From NCBI GenBank assembly GCA_963816145.1, contig CAWFJP010000015.1, positions 1 to 64,000 on the forward strand: a stretch of DNA of 64,000 bases, in the 5' to 3' direction. The DNA is from an uncultured delta proteobacterium (GTDB lineage Bacteria > Desulfobacterota > Binatia > UBA9968). The position numbers and the translations under genes are program-made. The notes beneath the pieces are model-generated. The model saw nothing but the letters and a program-made list of their open reading frames with translations, did not search any database and had not been told where the DNA came from. Positions within the stretch are counted from its first letter, which is position 1, and each line of letters begins with the position of its first letter. This document shows, piece by piece, positions 19,926-29,577 of the stretch.

Positions 19926-20732
19926 CTCAATTCTACAATTCCGTCATCTGATGTTGGACCAATCAGACCCACCATAGGTTATTTATTCAAAGACAAACCC
20001 GGTATCGAATGGTTCATTCTAAATCCCTACGAGTAATAGCCGCGACCGAGGTCTGAATCCACGGCTCTGGCAATTTTCATGAAGCGTGGCATCACTCTTT
20101 CTTTCCTTTAAGAGCCACGGTGAACACCCTTTAATGTGATCGGATTCTGCGCGATTCAGGATTGCAATATTTGGTGGTGTGTATGGTTTGGGGGGGGGCA
20201 ATTGTCTCTAGTTGCGACTGACAAACCATACGGGACGAATTTAGTTGTTTTATCAATACCGGTGAATGAATAAGGCTCACCGGCACTCCCGAGAAATACA
20301 GAAACCCGACCAGTGTAGGCTTTTGGCATATCCCCCTTTTTAGTCTTTGGTCCGTGTAACCATGAACTCTCTGAACGTTGCGGATCTCCACCGCGTGAGC
20401 AATCCTCACAGCCTGTCCCGCTTAATCACCTTCTGTCCAATTTCGATGGTAAGCGGAATCATCACAAGGATCACGAGCGCGCACACCCACGCCCCGAAAA
20501 AGGCGCTCACATAACCGAGTGCGGTATTTACGATCATCACAACCAACAGGAAAAGCGAAAACCTTACCCGGTACGATATACGGGCCTTCTACAGTAGGCC
20601 AAGGAGAGAAAGCTATCGGCGTCGAATCATGCTGGTGGGATTGCGCCTTGTGGATTTGTTGAAACGATCCTAGACAAGCTCATTAGCCGTGACGCGCGGT
20701 CGTGCACGACGCTCAGAAATAGCACGATATCT

Positions 20733-21008
20733 TCAGCTGGCTGGCGATATTCGCCAACGGTAATCCGAGTTCTCCTTTGCGCCAAGACCGGTTTGTCGCT
20801 CTATCCCACTTTCTTTGTGCGCGAAGTTTCCTTCTTCCTGTACCCACTCCTGGATTCGACTTTCCAGAAGGCGCCATTGACCGCCAACTTTAAATGCCGG
20901 GATTTGGCGGTGCTGGATCATGCGGTGCAGGGTTCGTTTGGATATCTTCAGTATGCTGGCAACTTCGGCCAGGGTGAGCATCTTGATCACAGTATAGTGT
21001 TTTTTCAT
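20733..21008 (-). CDS. Excisionase-like helix-turn-helix protein
   Basis: MLTLAEVASILKISKRTLHRMIQHRQIPAFKVGGQWR, classic HTH_17 pattern. Confidence 0.85.
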   Translation of the reverse strand: MKKHYTVIKMLTLAEVASILKISKRTLHRMIQHRQIPAFKVGGQWRLLESRIQEWVQEEGNFAHKESGIERQTGLGAKENSDYRWRISPAS

Positions 21009-21320
21009 TGTGACGGTACTCCTACCAAAGGTAAAAGGAGCAAGCGATATGCCACTAACCTATCGAAGATTAACCAGTAAAATGAAGAGTTCCCGCTCGA
21101 TTTGGCTGCACCAATATATTCGCATTCTGTCGGAAAATCGACAGGTCCGAACTAATGATGATAAAAGTGGCACTGGCCAATCTCCGATTGGTCAGTTCAA
21201 TGAAACAACTATAAAGGCTAGAATTTGCAGGCGATTTGTTAAGTAAAACTTTGAGCGTAAAAAACCGTTGCTTCTAACGGCTGCGAGAAAGTCTCAGTAA
21301 CGAGGTGAGTTTAAAGTTAG

Positions 21321-21403
21321 TGCGAGGAGCGGGATTTGAACCCGCACGTGATTTCTGGCACTAGCCCCTCAACTAGGGCGTCTGCCGATTCCACCACCGA
21401 CGC
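21321..21403 (-). pseudogene. Degenerate tRNA-Leu(GAG)
   Basis: GTGGTGGAATCGGCAGACGC D-arm, CTAG-TTGAGGG-GCTAG anticodon arm missing one base, long variable arm, GCGGG-TTCAAAT-CCCGC T-arm; two acceptor-stem mismatches. Confidence 0.75.
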
Positions 21404-21654
21404 AGTAGGAAAAGCCGTACGGATTTGGTGCTCTCGCTTGCGGCCACCTTCTTGTTCTGACGGAGCAGGCGACGCCGGACTGGCTGTTGGCGCCGTCTCC
21501 CGCTGTGCCAGCACTAACGGTAGGGTACCAGGTACCGCGCGCGGCTGGGCGGTGGTTACTGAAGATCGTTTGGTAAGGCATTCAGACTGTGAGCTATGGT
21601 AATGAACGCGAACCGCACTGACTGGCGGGATACCGGCTCGCTGTTTTACTAGCG

Positions 21655-22346
21655 AGACGCTATAAGCTGATTAAGGGCAATCCAGTAGACGACGCTGAGC
21701 GGCTTAATATGCCGGCTGACGAAGAAAACGATGTCGTTACGCCGGATAAGGTTTACACCAAGGATGAGTTGAAGAAACTTATCGCAGCGACCGAACCGGG
21801 AACCCTGGGGCGCGTTGCGGTCATGTTCCCTGCCCTAACCGGGATTCGCGTGGGCGAGTTGACCGGCGCAACATGGGGCGCGATAGACCCGAAGCCGGGA
21901 AATTTGGAGTCAAACTGAATATGCAGGACAACGATCCCGCCAAAGACAAAATTCTAAAGAGATCCAAACGCACAGCAGGCCGGCGCTGGTTCAAGTTGTC
22001 GGCGGCATTGCTCCAGGAGTTGCGATTGTGGAAACTTAGGTGTCCACCCAACGGGCGCGACCTAGTAGTCGTCAACGCGATAGGCAAACCGTTAAGCCGC
22101 AAGCAAGTCAGCAATATCCTCGATGAGACCATTGAGAAGGCGCAGGCGAAGCGTTTAACGCCGCGTGGCCTGCGGCGGCATACGTTCTGTTCCCTGCTTA
22201 TCGCTGACGGCATTCCTGTAACGAAAATCGCCAAGTTGGTAGGCCACAAAGACCCAAGTGTCACGTTGAAGGTCTATGCTCATTTTGTCCCGCAGGAAAC
22301 GACGACGATGGAGGATTTCGGTGGCAGCATACTCCAAGTGCAATGA
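21655..22346 (+). pseudogene. Tyrosine recombinase/integrase, 5'-truncated and frameshifted near 21895
   Basis: TGIRVGEL in one frame; TPRGLRRHTFCSLL (HxxR damaged), LVGHKDPSVTLKVYAH in another; next to the att repeat. Confidence 0.85.
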
Positions 22347-22640
22347 TGGAGATGTCTCCTCCATGTCTCCATGCTGTTAACTGTTATGAGATATTGCGAG
22401 ATTTCGGAACTAGGTAAGATATTGAATTTGTTATCAGAGAGAATCTCAGAGCAGTTGAAAACACCCGCCTTTCACTCTTAGGAATCCTGCGCTCTATCCA
22501 CCTGAGCTACGGGGGCCCATTGGTTTGGTCGCGGAGGCCCATGTTCCTTTGTCGTTCGCTCCGCTATTTGTTACCATCAATGGTGAACTCGGGTCAATCG
22601 AGACGGCGACTTTCCAGATACTGAGAATGGTTTCAGAATT

Positions 22641-22919
22641 ATGAATCGACACCAGACGCAACTAAATCGAGAAGCGCAGCTTACTGCTGCGTTTAAACTG
22701 GTGGTAATCGGCGTAATCGCTTTGACGATCTTGGCTTGTGGCACGGCCGGTCCACGGCCACTGTCGATTAAAATGTTCAACGCCGAGACCAACACTACGC
22801 TTAACTGCGAAGCCCGAGATCTCGGCATGGCCGATCGAAACATGTTAGCGAATACCGTTGAAAGCTGCGCTCGCCAGTTGGAGAGCCGTGGCTTCGTTCG
22901 CGCCAGCAGCACGCCGTAA
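22641..22919 (+). CDS. Small putative lipoprotein
   Basis: Hydrophobic stretch ending ILA-C lipobox; two further Cys. Confidence 0.65.
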   Translation: MNRHQTQLNREAQLTAAFKLVVIGVIALTILACGTAGPRPLSIKMFNAETNTTLNCEARDLGMADRNMLANTVESCARQLESRGFVRASSTP

Positions 22920-22992
22920 TTTCCCGAACATGGCTTGACGACGGGAATCCATTCCGGGTACTTTCACCTTTCACGGAATTTTAGGGGAAAAC

Positions 22993-23349
22993 ATGAACTA
23001 TCGTTTGGACCACATCGCGCTCAACTGCGCCAATCTCGACGAATCGGTCAAGTATTATGAAACCATCTTGGGCGGCAAACCGACGGCGGAACGCAAGGCC
23101 GGCGACGGTAACCGCTTCCGTTTCATCGAACTCAGCGGCTCAGCGCCGATCCAGTTGATCGAGTCGGCCAACGAGACCGGCATCAATCATTACGGCTTTG
23201 TCGCCGACGACATGGATAAAGTCGTCGCTGAGCTAAAGGCCAAGAACGCCGAAATCTTGCGCGAGATCCGTGACAAAGACGGCAAGTTGACGACGTTGTT
23301 CGTAACAGACTGCAACGGCCTCAAGATGGAAGTTAGACTGCCGCGTTGA
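22993..23349 (+). CDS. VOC/glyoxalase family protein
   Basis: LDHIALNC, GINHYGF, FVTDCNGLKME. Confidence 0.88.
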   Translation: MNYRLDHIALNCANLDESVKYYETILGGKPTAERKAGDGNRFRFIELSGSAPIQLIESANETGINHYGFVADDMDKVVAELKAKNAEILREIRDKDGKLTTLFVTDCNGLKMEVRLPR

Positions 23350-23407
23350 TGCTTCGGCACGGGTTATCCAAGCGCCGGTCGTACAGTTCTAGCCAAGTGA
23401 GTCGAAT

Positions 23408-23477
23408 AGATTTCTCGCTGCGTTCGAAATCGACAGGTCTTCAGCATCTGTTATCCCGAACAAAGCGAGGGATCTCT
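23408..23477. repeat. REP-like palindrome (family B, TGTCAT...CGAG-ATCT type); related copies at ~38145, 39899-39963, 49848-49930, 52656-52740
   Basis: AGATTTCTCGCTGCGTTCG...CGAACAAAGCGAGGGATCT inverted arms. Confidence 0.6.
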
Positions 23478-23510
23478 TCAAAATGAGCCGGCTCTTAAAC
23501 GCTAACGAAC

Positions 23511-23539
23511 TTGACAATGCCGAGGGCGAGACATAACTT
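23511..23539 (+). promoter_or_regulatory. Sigma70-like promoter for moeB
   Basis: TTGACA-N17-TAACTT followed by AGGAGG RBS. Confidence 0.55.
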
Positions 23540-23568
23540 GGACCTCTAAGGTCCATCTAGGAGGAAAT

Positions 23569-24738
23569 ATGGCCAAAAGTTTTCAAGATATCATGGCCGA
23601 GGCGCGCAAAGAGATTCCGGAAGCGTCGCCGCAGCAAGTCAATGAACTGTTGAAAAACAACGGCAAGTCGCCGGTATTGCTTGATGTTCGTGAAAGCGAC
23701 GAGTGGCGCCAGGGACACCTGGAGGGGGCCATTCCGCTGCCCCGCGGCTTTCTCGAAATCAAAGTCGAAGCGGCGATTCCCGACAAGAACACGCCGATCA
23801 TCGCCTACTGCGCCGGCGGCGTGCGCTCGCTTTTGGCCGCCAAGGTCATGCGCGAGATGGGCTATCAGAACGTCACGTCCATGGCCGGCGGTTACGGCGC
23901 CTGGAAGAACGGCGGCTTCAAATGGGTCCAGGATTTCCAATACACACCGGATCAGCTGATTCGCTATAGCCGCCATTTTCTCCTGCCGGAAGTCGGCGAA
24001 GACGGCCAGGCCAAGCTTTTACAAGCGAAAGTATTGATGGTCGGCGCCGGTGGCCTGGGCTCGCCTTCGGCTTACTATCTCGCGGCTGCTGGTGTCGGGA
24101 CGATTGGCATCATCGACAACGACGTGGTCGATGTTTCCAACTTGCAGCGGCAGATTCTCCATGCCAACGACCGGGTCGGCATGCCCAAGGTGGAGTCGGC
24201 GAAAAAGACCCTTGAAGCTTTGAATCCGGACGTGAAGGTCATTCCCTATCAGGCCAAGCTCACCTCCGAAAACATCATGGAGATCTTGAAGGATTACGAC
24301 TTCGTGATCGACGGCTGCGACAACTTTCCGACCCGCTACCTGGTCAACGACGCCTGCGTGCTCACCGGCAAGCCCAATGTCCATGGCAGCATTTTTCAGT
24401 TCGAGGGACAGGCGACGGTCTTTTATCCGGGCAAGGGCCCCTGCTACCGCTGCTTGTACCCGGAGCCGCCTCCAGCGGAGATGGCGCCGAGCTGCGCGGA
24501 AGCCGGAGTCTTGGGAGTGCTACCTGGACTGATCGGCGTGATTGAAGCGTTGGAGGCAGTAAAGCTGATTCTCGGCAAGGGCGATACCCTGGTCGGCAGG
24601 CTGCTGCATTTCAATACCCTGACGATGGAGATCAACACGCTCAAATTGCGCCGCGATCCCAACTGTCCGATGTGCGGCGACCGCCCGACCATCAAAGAAC
24701 TTATCGACTACGAGGAGTTCTGCTCCTTGCGCCACTAG
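23569..24738 (+). CDS. moeB: MoeB/ThiF adenylyltransferase with N-terminal rhodanese domain
   Basis: Rhodanese YCAGGVRS; RYSRH, GAGGLGSP, SNLQRQ, CYRC, CPMC. Confidence 0.92.
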   Translation: MAKSFQDIMAEARKEIPEASPQQVNELLKNNGKSPVLLDVRESDEWRQGHLEGAIPLPRGFLEIKVEAAIPDKNTPIIAYCAGGVRSLLAAKVMREMGYQNVTSMAGGYGAWKNGGFKWVQDFQYTPDQLIRYSRHFLLPEVGEDGQAKLLQAKVLMVGAGGLGSPSAYYLAAAGVGTIGIIDNDVVDVSNLQRQILHANDRVGMPKVESAKKTLEALNPDVKVIPYQAKLTSENIMEILKDYDFVIDGCDNFPTRYLVNDACVLTGKPNVHGSIFQFEGQATVFYPGKGPCYRCLYPEPPPAEMAPSCAEAGVLGVLPGLIGVIEALEAVKLILGKGDTLVGRLLHFNTLTMEINTLKLRRDPNCPMCGDRPTIKELIDYEEFCSLRH

Positions 24739-25564
24739 AGGGCGGCTGGTTGGTGTAAATCGAGCGGCGGCTGTTGAAGCCGCCGCTTTTTTTTGGCGTG
24801 ATGACCGGGCGGCGCTCCGGTGTTGAACGTCCCGGTTTCGCGAGTCCCACGGCGATCTTGAGAGCCATGACTTCGCTTTGATACAAAGGCCGCAGTTCGC
24901 CGATCGGTAGCGTTCCCAATTCGATCGGTCCAACCTTGACGCGAATGAGTTTCTCTACGAAATAGTTGAGCGCTTCGAACATGCGGCGCACTTCGCGCTT
25001 CTTGCCCTCGTGAACTTCGATTTCGACCCAAGCGTTTTTGCGCAGCTTCTCGATCACCCGTACTCGCGCCGGCGCGGTCATGCCGTCTTCCAAGCGGATG
25101 CCTTTACGTAAGATCTCGAAGTCGTCTTCGGTGGGGCAAGCGCTCAATTTCACCCGATACAGTTTGGGCACACCATAGCGCGGATGGGCGAGCCGCATCG
25201 CCAATTCGCCGTCGTTGGTCAGGAGCAGCAGCCCAGTGGTGTTGTAGTCCAAGCGCCCCACCGGGAAGACCCGGCGTTTTTCGCCGAGTCGGGCGATATA
25301 AGGCGTGATGTCAGGGCGATGCTGCGGATCGTTCAAGGTCGTGATCACGCCGGGCGGTTTGTGCAGCGCATAATAGAGCGGCGCGGCGGCCGATTTGATG
25401 CGCTTACCGTCGATCTTGATGCTGTCCTTGAAGGGATCGGCTTGTGAACCCAGCTTATCGACTACGGCACCGTTGACCGTGATGCGCCCTTCGACGATCC
25501 AGCGCTCCGCCTCTCGGCGCGATGCTAAACCCGCCCGGGCGATGATTTTTTGCAACCGTTCCAT
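24701..25564 (-). CDS. rluB: rRNA pseudouridine synthase (RluB/RsuA family)
   Basis: ERLQKIIARAG.ASRR S4 domain; VGRLD; next to scpAB. Confidence 0.9.
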   Translation of the reverse strand: MERLQKIIARAGLASRREAERWIVEGRITVNGAVVDKLGSQADPFKDSIKIDGKRIKSAAAPLYYALHKPPGVITTLNDPQHRPDITPYIARLGEKRRVFPVGRLDYNTTGLLLLTNDGELAMRLAHPRYGVPKLYRVKLSACPTEDDFEILRKGIRLEDGMTAPARVRVIEKLRKNAWVEIEVHEGKKREVRRMFEALNYFVEKLIRVKVGPIELGTLPIGELRPLYQSEVMALKIAVGLAKPGRSTPERRPVITPKKSGGFNSRRSIYTNQPPSSGARSRTPRSR

Positions 25565-25567
25565 GAA

Positions 25568-26152
25568 TTATTGCGCTTCCGCTTCCTCAGTCTGTTCAAG
25601 CGGGATCACGTCGCGGGAGATCTCCGGCAACGAGATCTCGTCCGTCTCCTTGAGCGTTGGCAATTCGGTTAGGTCTTTCAAATTGAACAACTGGAGAAAC
25701 TCCGCGGTCGTGCCATAGAGAAACGGTCGTCCCGGCACATCTTTGCGCGCCACCGCGCGAATCAAGTTGCGCTCCAATAGGGTCGTAATCACCCCATCGA
25801 CATCGACGCCACGAATCGATTCGATCTCGGCTTTGGTGATCGGCTGGCGGTAGGCGATGATCGCCAAGGTCTCCAGAGTCGCCCGGCCCATGCGCGCCGG
25901 CCGGCCGCCGAGAAACTTCTTAACCCAGTCAGCGTTGACCTTGGCCGTGCGCAGTTGAAAACCGCCGGCGACCTCGACCAATTGCAGACCACGGCTTGGC
26001 GCTTCGAGGTCGTTCTGCAGCTCCTGGAGCAGCGTTAAAATCGTCTCCTTATCGACCCCGTCCAAGATTTCGGCGAAACGCTGCACGGTCAGCGGTCCAT
26101 CGGCGACGAACAGCAGGCTTTCTAATATCGATTTAACTTCCTCACGTTCCAT
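25568..26152 (-). CDS. scpB: SMC-Scp complex subunit ScpB
   Basis: LETLAIIAYRQPIT, IRGV, PGRPFLYGTT. Confidence 0.95.
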   Translation of the reverse strand: MEREEVKSILESLLFVADGPLTVQRFAEILDGVDKETILTLLQELQNDLEAPSRGLQLVEVAGGFQLRTAKVNADWVKKFLGGRPARMGRATLETLAIIAYRQPITKAEIESIRGVDVDGVITTLLERNLIRAVARKDVPGRPFLYGTTAEFLQLFNLKDLTELPTLKETDEISLPEISRDVIPLEQTEEAEAQ

Positions 26153-26915
26153 AGGGCTCTTCCTCTACCTGCTCGAGCACCGCTTGCTCGCAGAGGCTGT
26201 CCATGATCGCCGCCGGTTCGATGGTGATCGGTCCGGCCATTACTTCCTGCACGATGCGAATCGCCCGGACCTTGACCAACTCCAGCATGGCGAGAAAAGT
26301 GACAATGATCTCCATGCGCGAGTTCGCCGCGGCGAAAAGGTTCTCGAACAGGACTGAGCCCTGAGCGCGCAGGACATCGAGCAGATGGGTCATCTTCTCG
26401 CGCACCGTAATCTTTTCCAGGGTCACTTCGTGAAAAGTGTCTTTGGGCAGGCGGTCGATGATGCGCTTCAACGCGACGAGCAACTCGAACACCGAGACTT
26501 CGCGAAAACCGCGCGGTCCGGCTTCTTCGACGGGCGCAGCCGAGCGGGTGAAGACATCGCGGCTCAGCACCTCGCGCTGGTCGAGATCCTGCGCCGCTTC
26601 TTTGTAGCGCTGATATTCGAGCAGCCGGCGCACCAGCTCATCGCGCGGGTCGAGGCCTTCATCCTCGTCGTCGTCGCCATCGTCGCCTGCCGGCAAGAGC
26701 ATGCGCGACTTGATGTGAATCAAAGTCGAGGCCATCACCAGGAACTCGCCGGCGACGTCCAGACTCAAAGATTGCAAGAGATCGAGAGTCGCCAGATATT
26801 GCTCGGTGATCGTCGCGATCGGGATATCGGTGATGCTGACTTCATTCTTCTTGATCAGATGAAGCAGCAGATCGAGAGGCCCCTCGAAGATTTCCAACTC
26901 GACGCGGGTGCTCAC
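26142..26915 (-). CDS. scpA: Segregation and condensation protein A
   Basis: FEGPLDLLLHLI, IKSRMLLP, FLAMLEL. Confidence 0.95.
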   Translation of the reverse strand: MSTRVELEIFEGPLDLLLHLIKKNEVSITDIPIATITEQYLATLDLLQSLSLDVAGEFLVMASTLIHIKSRMLLPAGDDGDDDEDEGLDPRDELVRRLLEYQRYKEAAQDLDQREVLSRDVFTRSAAPVEEAGPRGFREVSVFELLVALKRIIDRLPKDTFHEVTLEKITVREKMTHLLDVLRAQGSVLFENLFAAANSRMEIIVTFLAMLELVKVRAIRIVQEVMAGPITIEPAAIMDSLCEQAVLEQVEEEPYGT

Positions 26916-27889
26916 AGTCCCAAAGTCTCCCTGACTTGGCTCATGGTCTCGCTCGCTTTCTGCCGCGCTGCCTGATTGCCAGCGGTCAAAATGTCTTCGA
27001 CATCCTGCGGCCTTTGCGCCATCGCCGCGCGCTTCTCAGTGATCGGTCCCAACTGCGCCACCACATGCTTGATCATGATTCTTTTGCAGTCGAGACAGCC
27101 GATCCCCGCCGTGCGGCACCCTTGCGATACTTCGGCGATCTCGTCCGGCGTGCAATAAATTTTATGAAATTGGAACGCCGGGCACTTCTCTGGCTCGCCC
27201 GGATCGGAGCGCCGTACCCGGGCCGGATCGGTGATCATCTTGCTCAATTTCTGATCGATCTCCTTGGGCGTGTCGGAGAGCAGCACCGCATTGCCATAGC
27301 TCTTGCTCATCTTGCGGCCGTCGAGCCCGGGAAGCTTTTGCATTTCGGTGAGCAGCACCTCGGGCTCGGGAAAAATCTCCGCATAGACTTGATTGAAACG
27401 GCGCACGATCTCGCGGGTCAATTCGACATGGGGTGCCTGGTCAACGCCCACCGGCACTTTGTTGGCTTTATAAATCGTAATGTCGGCGGCCTGCAACACC
27501 GGATAGCCGAGAAAACCGTAGGTCGACAGATCCTTACCGACCAATTCCTTGATCTGATCCTTGTAGGTCGGGTTACGTTCCAGCCACGGCACCGGCACAA
27601 TCATCGAGTAGAGCAAATGCAGCTCGGCGTGTTCTTTGATCCGCGACTGGCGAAACACGACGGCCTTGGCCGGATCTAGACCGACGCTGAGCCAGTCCAT
27701 GACCATCTCGATGGTATTTTGGTTGATCCCCTGCGGCGTCGCATAGTCGGTGGTGAGCGCGTGCCAGTCGGCAACGAAAAAATAGCAGCGATACTGCTCT
27801 TGGAGCTTGAGCCAATTTGTCAGCGCCCCGAAAAAATGTCCCAGGTGAAGCCGTCCGGTGGGCCGCATGCCGCTAACGATGGTGTCCAT
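26912..27889 (-). CDS. trpS: Tryptophanyl-tRNA synthetase
   Basis: SGMRPTGRLHLGH, YPVLQAADI, KMSKS; start MDTIV after GAGGAG. Confidence 0.96.
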   Translation of the reverse strand: MDTIVSGMRPTGRLHLGHFFGALTNWLKLQEQYRCYFFVADWHALTTDYATPQGINQNTIEMVMDWLSVGLDPAKAVVFRQSRIKEHAELHLLYSMIVPVPWLERNPTYKDQIKELVGKDLSTYGFLGYPVLQAADITIYKANKVPVGVDQAPHVELTREIVRRFNQVYAEIFPEPEVLLTEMQKLPGLDGRKMSKSYGNAVLLSDTPKEIDQKLSKMITDPARVRRSDPGEPEKCPAFQFHKIYCTPDEIAEVSQGCRTAGIGCLDCKRIMIKHVVAQLGPITEKRAAMAQRPQDVEDILTAGNQAARQKASETMSQVRETLGL

Positions 27890-27900
27890 TTCTCCTCGAC

Positions 27901-28554
27901 TCAGAAAATTCCCAAATAAAGTTTCAACAAGAATTCCGTCGGCGCGTCGATGATCCGATCGATCGCCCCGGTATACAAGAGACCGATGAGCGCCAACATG
28001 CCGAAGCGCTCGATACCGGCGACTTTGGAGGACCAGGGTTCGGGCAAGAGTCCAACCAAAACCCTCCCGCCATCCAGCGGCGGCAATGGAAACAGGTTGA
28101 ACACCGCCAATGAGATATTGATCAATAAACCGCCCTGGGCCATCAAGACCAGCGGAGTTAAGAATGCAGAACTTGCTAAATCCGCCCGGCTTTGCGGCAG
28201 GAAGAGCCGCCAAACGACCACGAACCCCAGCGCCAGCAGTAAATTCATCACCGGCCCCGCCAGAGCCACCCACACCATATCGCGCTTGGGATTGCGCAGA
28301 TTGTAAAAATTCACCGGCACCGGCTTGGCATAACCGAAGACAAACGGCGAATGGGCCAGTATCAGCATTGCCGGGACCAGGATTGTACCGAACAGATCGA
28401 TATGGGCGATCGGATTGAGCGTCAAACGGCCTAAATTTTTAGCCGTCGGATCGCCCAGACGATTAGCCACCCATCCGTGGGCGACCTCATGAAATACCAC
28501 AGCTATCAGAACCGGAATCGCCCAAATGGCAATTTTCTGGATGGTGTCTTCCAA
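27901..28554 (-). CDS. Site-2 protease (M50) family protein
   Basis: HEVAH, NLFPLPPLDG. Confidence 0.92.
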   Translation of the reverse strand: MEDTIQKIAIWAIPVLIAVVFHEVAHGWVANRLGDPTAKNLGRLTLNPIAHIDLFGTILVPAMLILAHSPFVFGYAKPVPVNFYNLRNPKRDMVWVALAGPVMNLLLALGFVVVWRLFLPQSRADLASSAFLTPLVLMAQGGLLINISLAVFNLFPLPPLDGGRVLVGLLPEPWSSKVAGIERFGMLALIGLLYTGAIDRIIDAPTEFLLKLYLGIF

Positions 28555-28655
28555 TACCTTCTCGCGGGGACTCGCTCCTATAGAAATACGGTATGAATCG
28601 GGAAAACACAAGGCAGGATAATGGATTAGACCAGTGACTCAGCAGCAAAAGGATT

Positions 28656-29577
28656 TTACCCGCTGCCCTTTTCCCGCGGATGAAACTGCTGATGCACCTT
28701 TTTCAACCTCGCTCCATCCACATGGGTATAGATCTGCGTCGTCGAGATATCGGCGTGCCCGAGCATGGTTTGCACCGAGCGCAGGTCGGCGCCGCCTTCG
28801 AGTAAATGGGTGGCGAAGGAATGACGTAGGGTGTGCGGCGTTACGCGCTTGTCGATACCGGCGGTCAGAGCGTAGCGTCGGATCAGTTTCCAGAAGCCTT
28901 GGCGGCTGAGCGGCTTGCCGGAGCGGTTGGTGAAGATATACGGACTTATCTTTCCTCTTGAGCAAGCGTGGCCGGGCGTCGGTCATGAAAGCATTCAACT
29001 TTTCGCGGGCGTAGTTGCCGAACGGCACGGCGCGCACCTTCGAGCCCTTGCCTTTGACGATCACGTAGTTGCCTTGAAAATTGACTTCGTGGGTTTGCAA
29101 TCGAACCAACTCGGACACCCGTAGACCGGTAGCATAGAGCAGTTCGAACATCGCTTGATCGCGGGCGCCCAGCGGTTCGTTGGCATTAGGTTGATTGAGC
29201 AGGCTTTGGATGTCGGCAGTAGACAAGGTCTGCGGCAGTTTGCGCTGGCCCGGCGCCGGCAACAGCGCCGGCATGGGATTGTCTTTGATGAGACTCTCGG
29301 TCTGCAGGAAGCGCAGCAACCGGCGCAGCGTCACGACATGGCGGGCGATACTCTTAGCGCTGAGTCCTTTTACGCGCAGCGAGCTGACATAAGCGCGAAT
29401 GAGGCTTGCATCGACTTCGCGCCAGTCTGCCACCTTCTGTTTGATGAGATAATCGGACAAGCCCGCGAGATCTCGGCTGTAGGCGTCAAGCGTGTTTTTC
29501 GCCAGCCCCTTCTCGACGGTGAGCATCGAGAGGAACGAATCAATATACGGGCTCAGCGCGTCTTTCGTTTGTAACAT
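28656..29577 (-). CDS. xerD: Tyrosine recombinase XerD with a +1 frameshift near 28955 (assembly error or pseudogene)
   Basis: [16 protein letters not shown]; the shifted frame gives SRQGFWKLI...[40 protein letters not shown]. Confidence 0.9.

Larger units (their letters stand above)
18295..22519. mobile_element. Decayed integrative element at tRNA-Arg, bounded by 42-bp direct repeats (18295-18336 and 22478-22519)
   Basis: Identical TTAGGAATCCTGCGCTCTATCCACCTGAGCTACGGGGGCCCA at both ends; integrase pseudogene, excisionase-like HTH, AT-richer and low coding density inside. Confidence 0.88.

Noticed and set aside
20405-20630. In-frame TAGs as pyrrolysine or recoding
   Set aside because: Lies in a decayed island; TAG is a normal stop elsewhere in the window.
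24701-24738. Convergent 38-nt overlap of moeB and rluB
   Set aside because: Short tail-to-tail overlaps are ordinary.
26912-28273. N-terminal extensions in the ORF track (trpS, xerD, cyclase, amidohydrolase 62322)
   Set aside because: They overlap upstream genes; downstream starts have an RBS or match family length.
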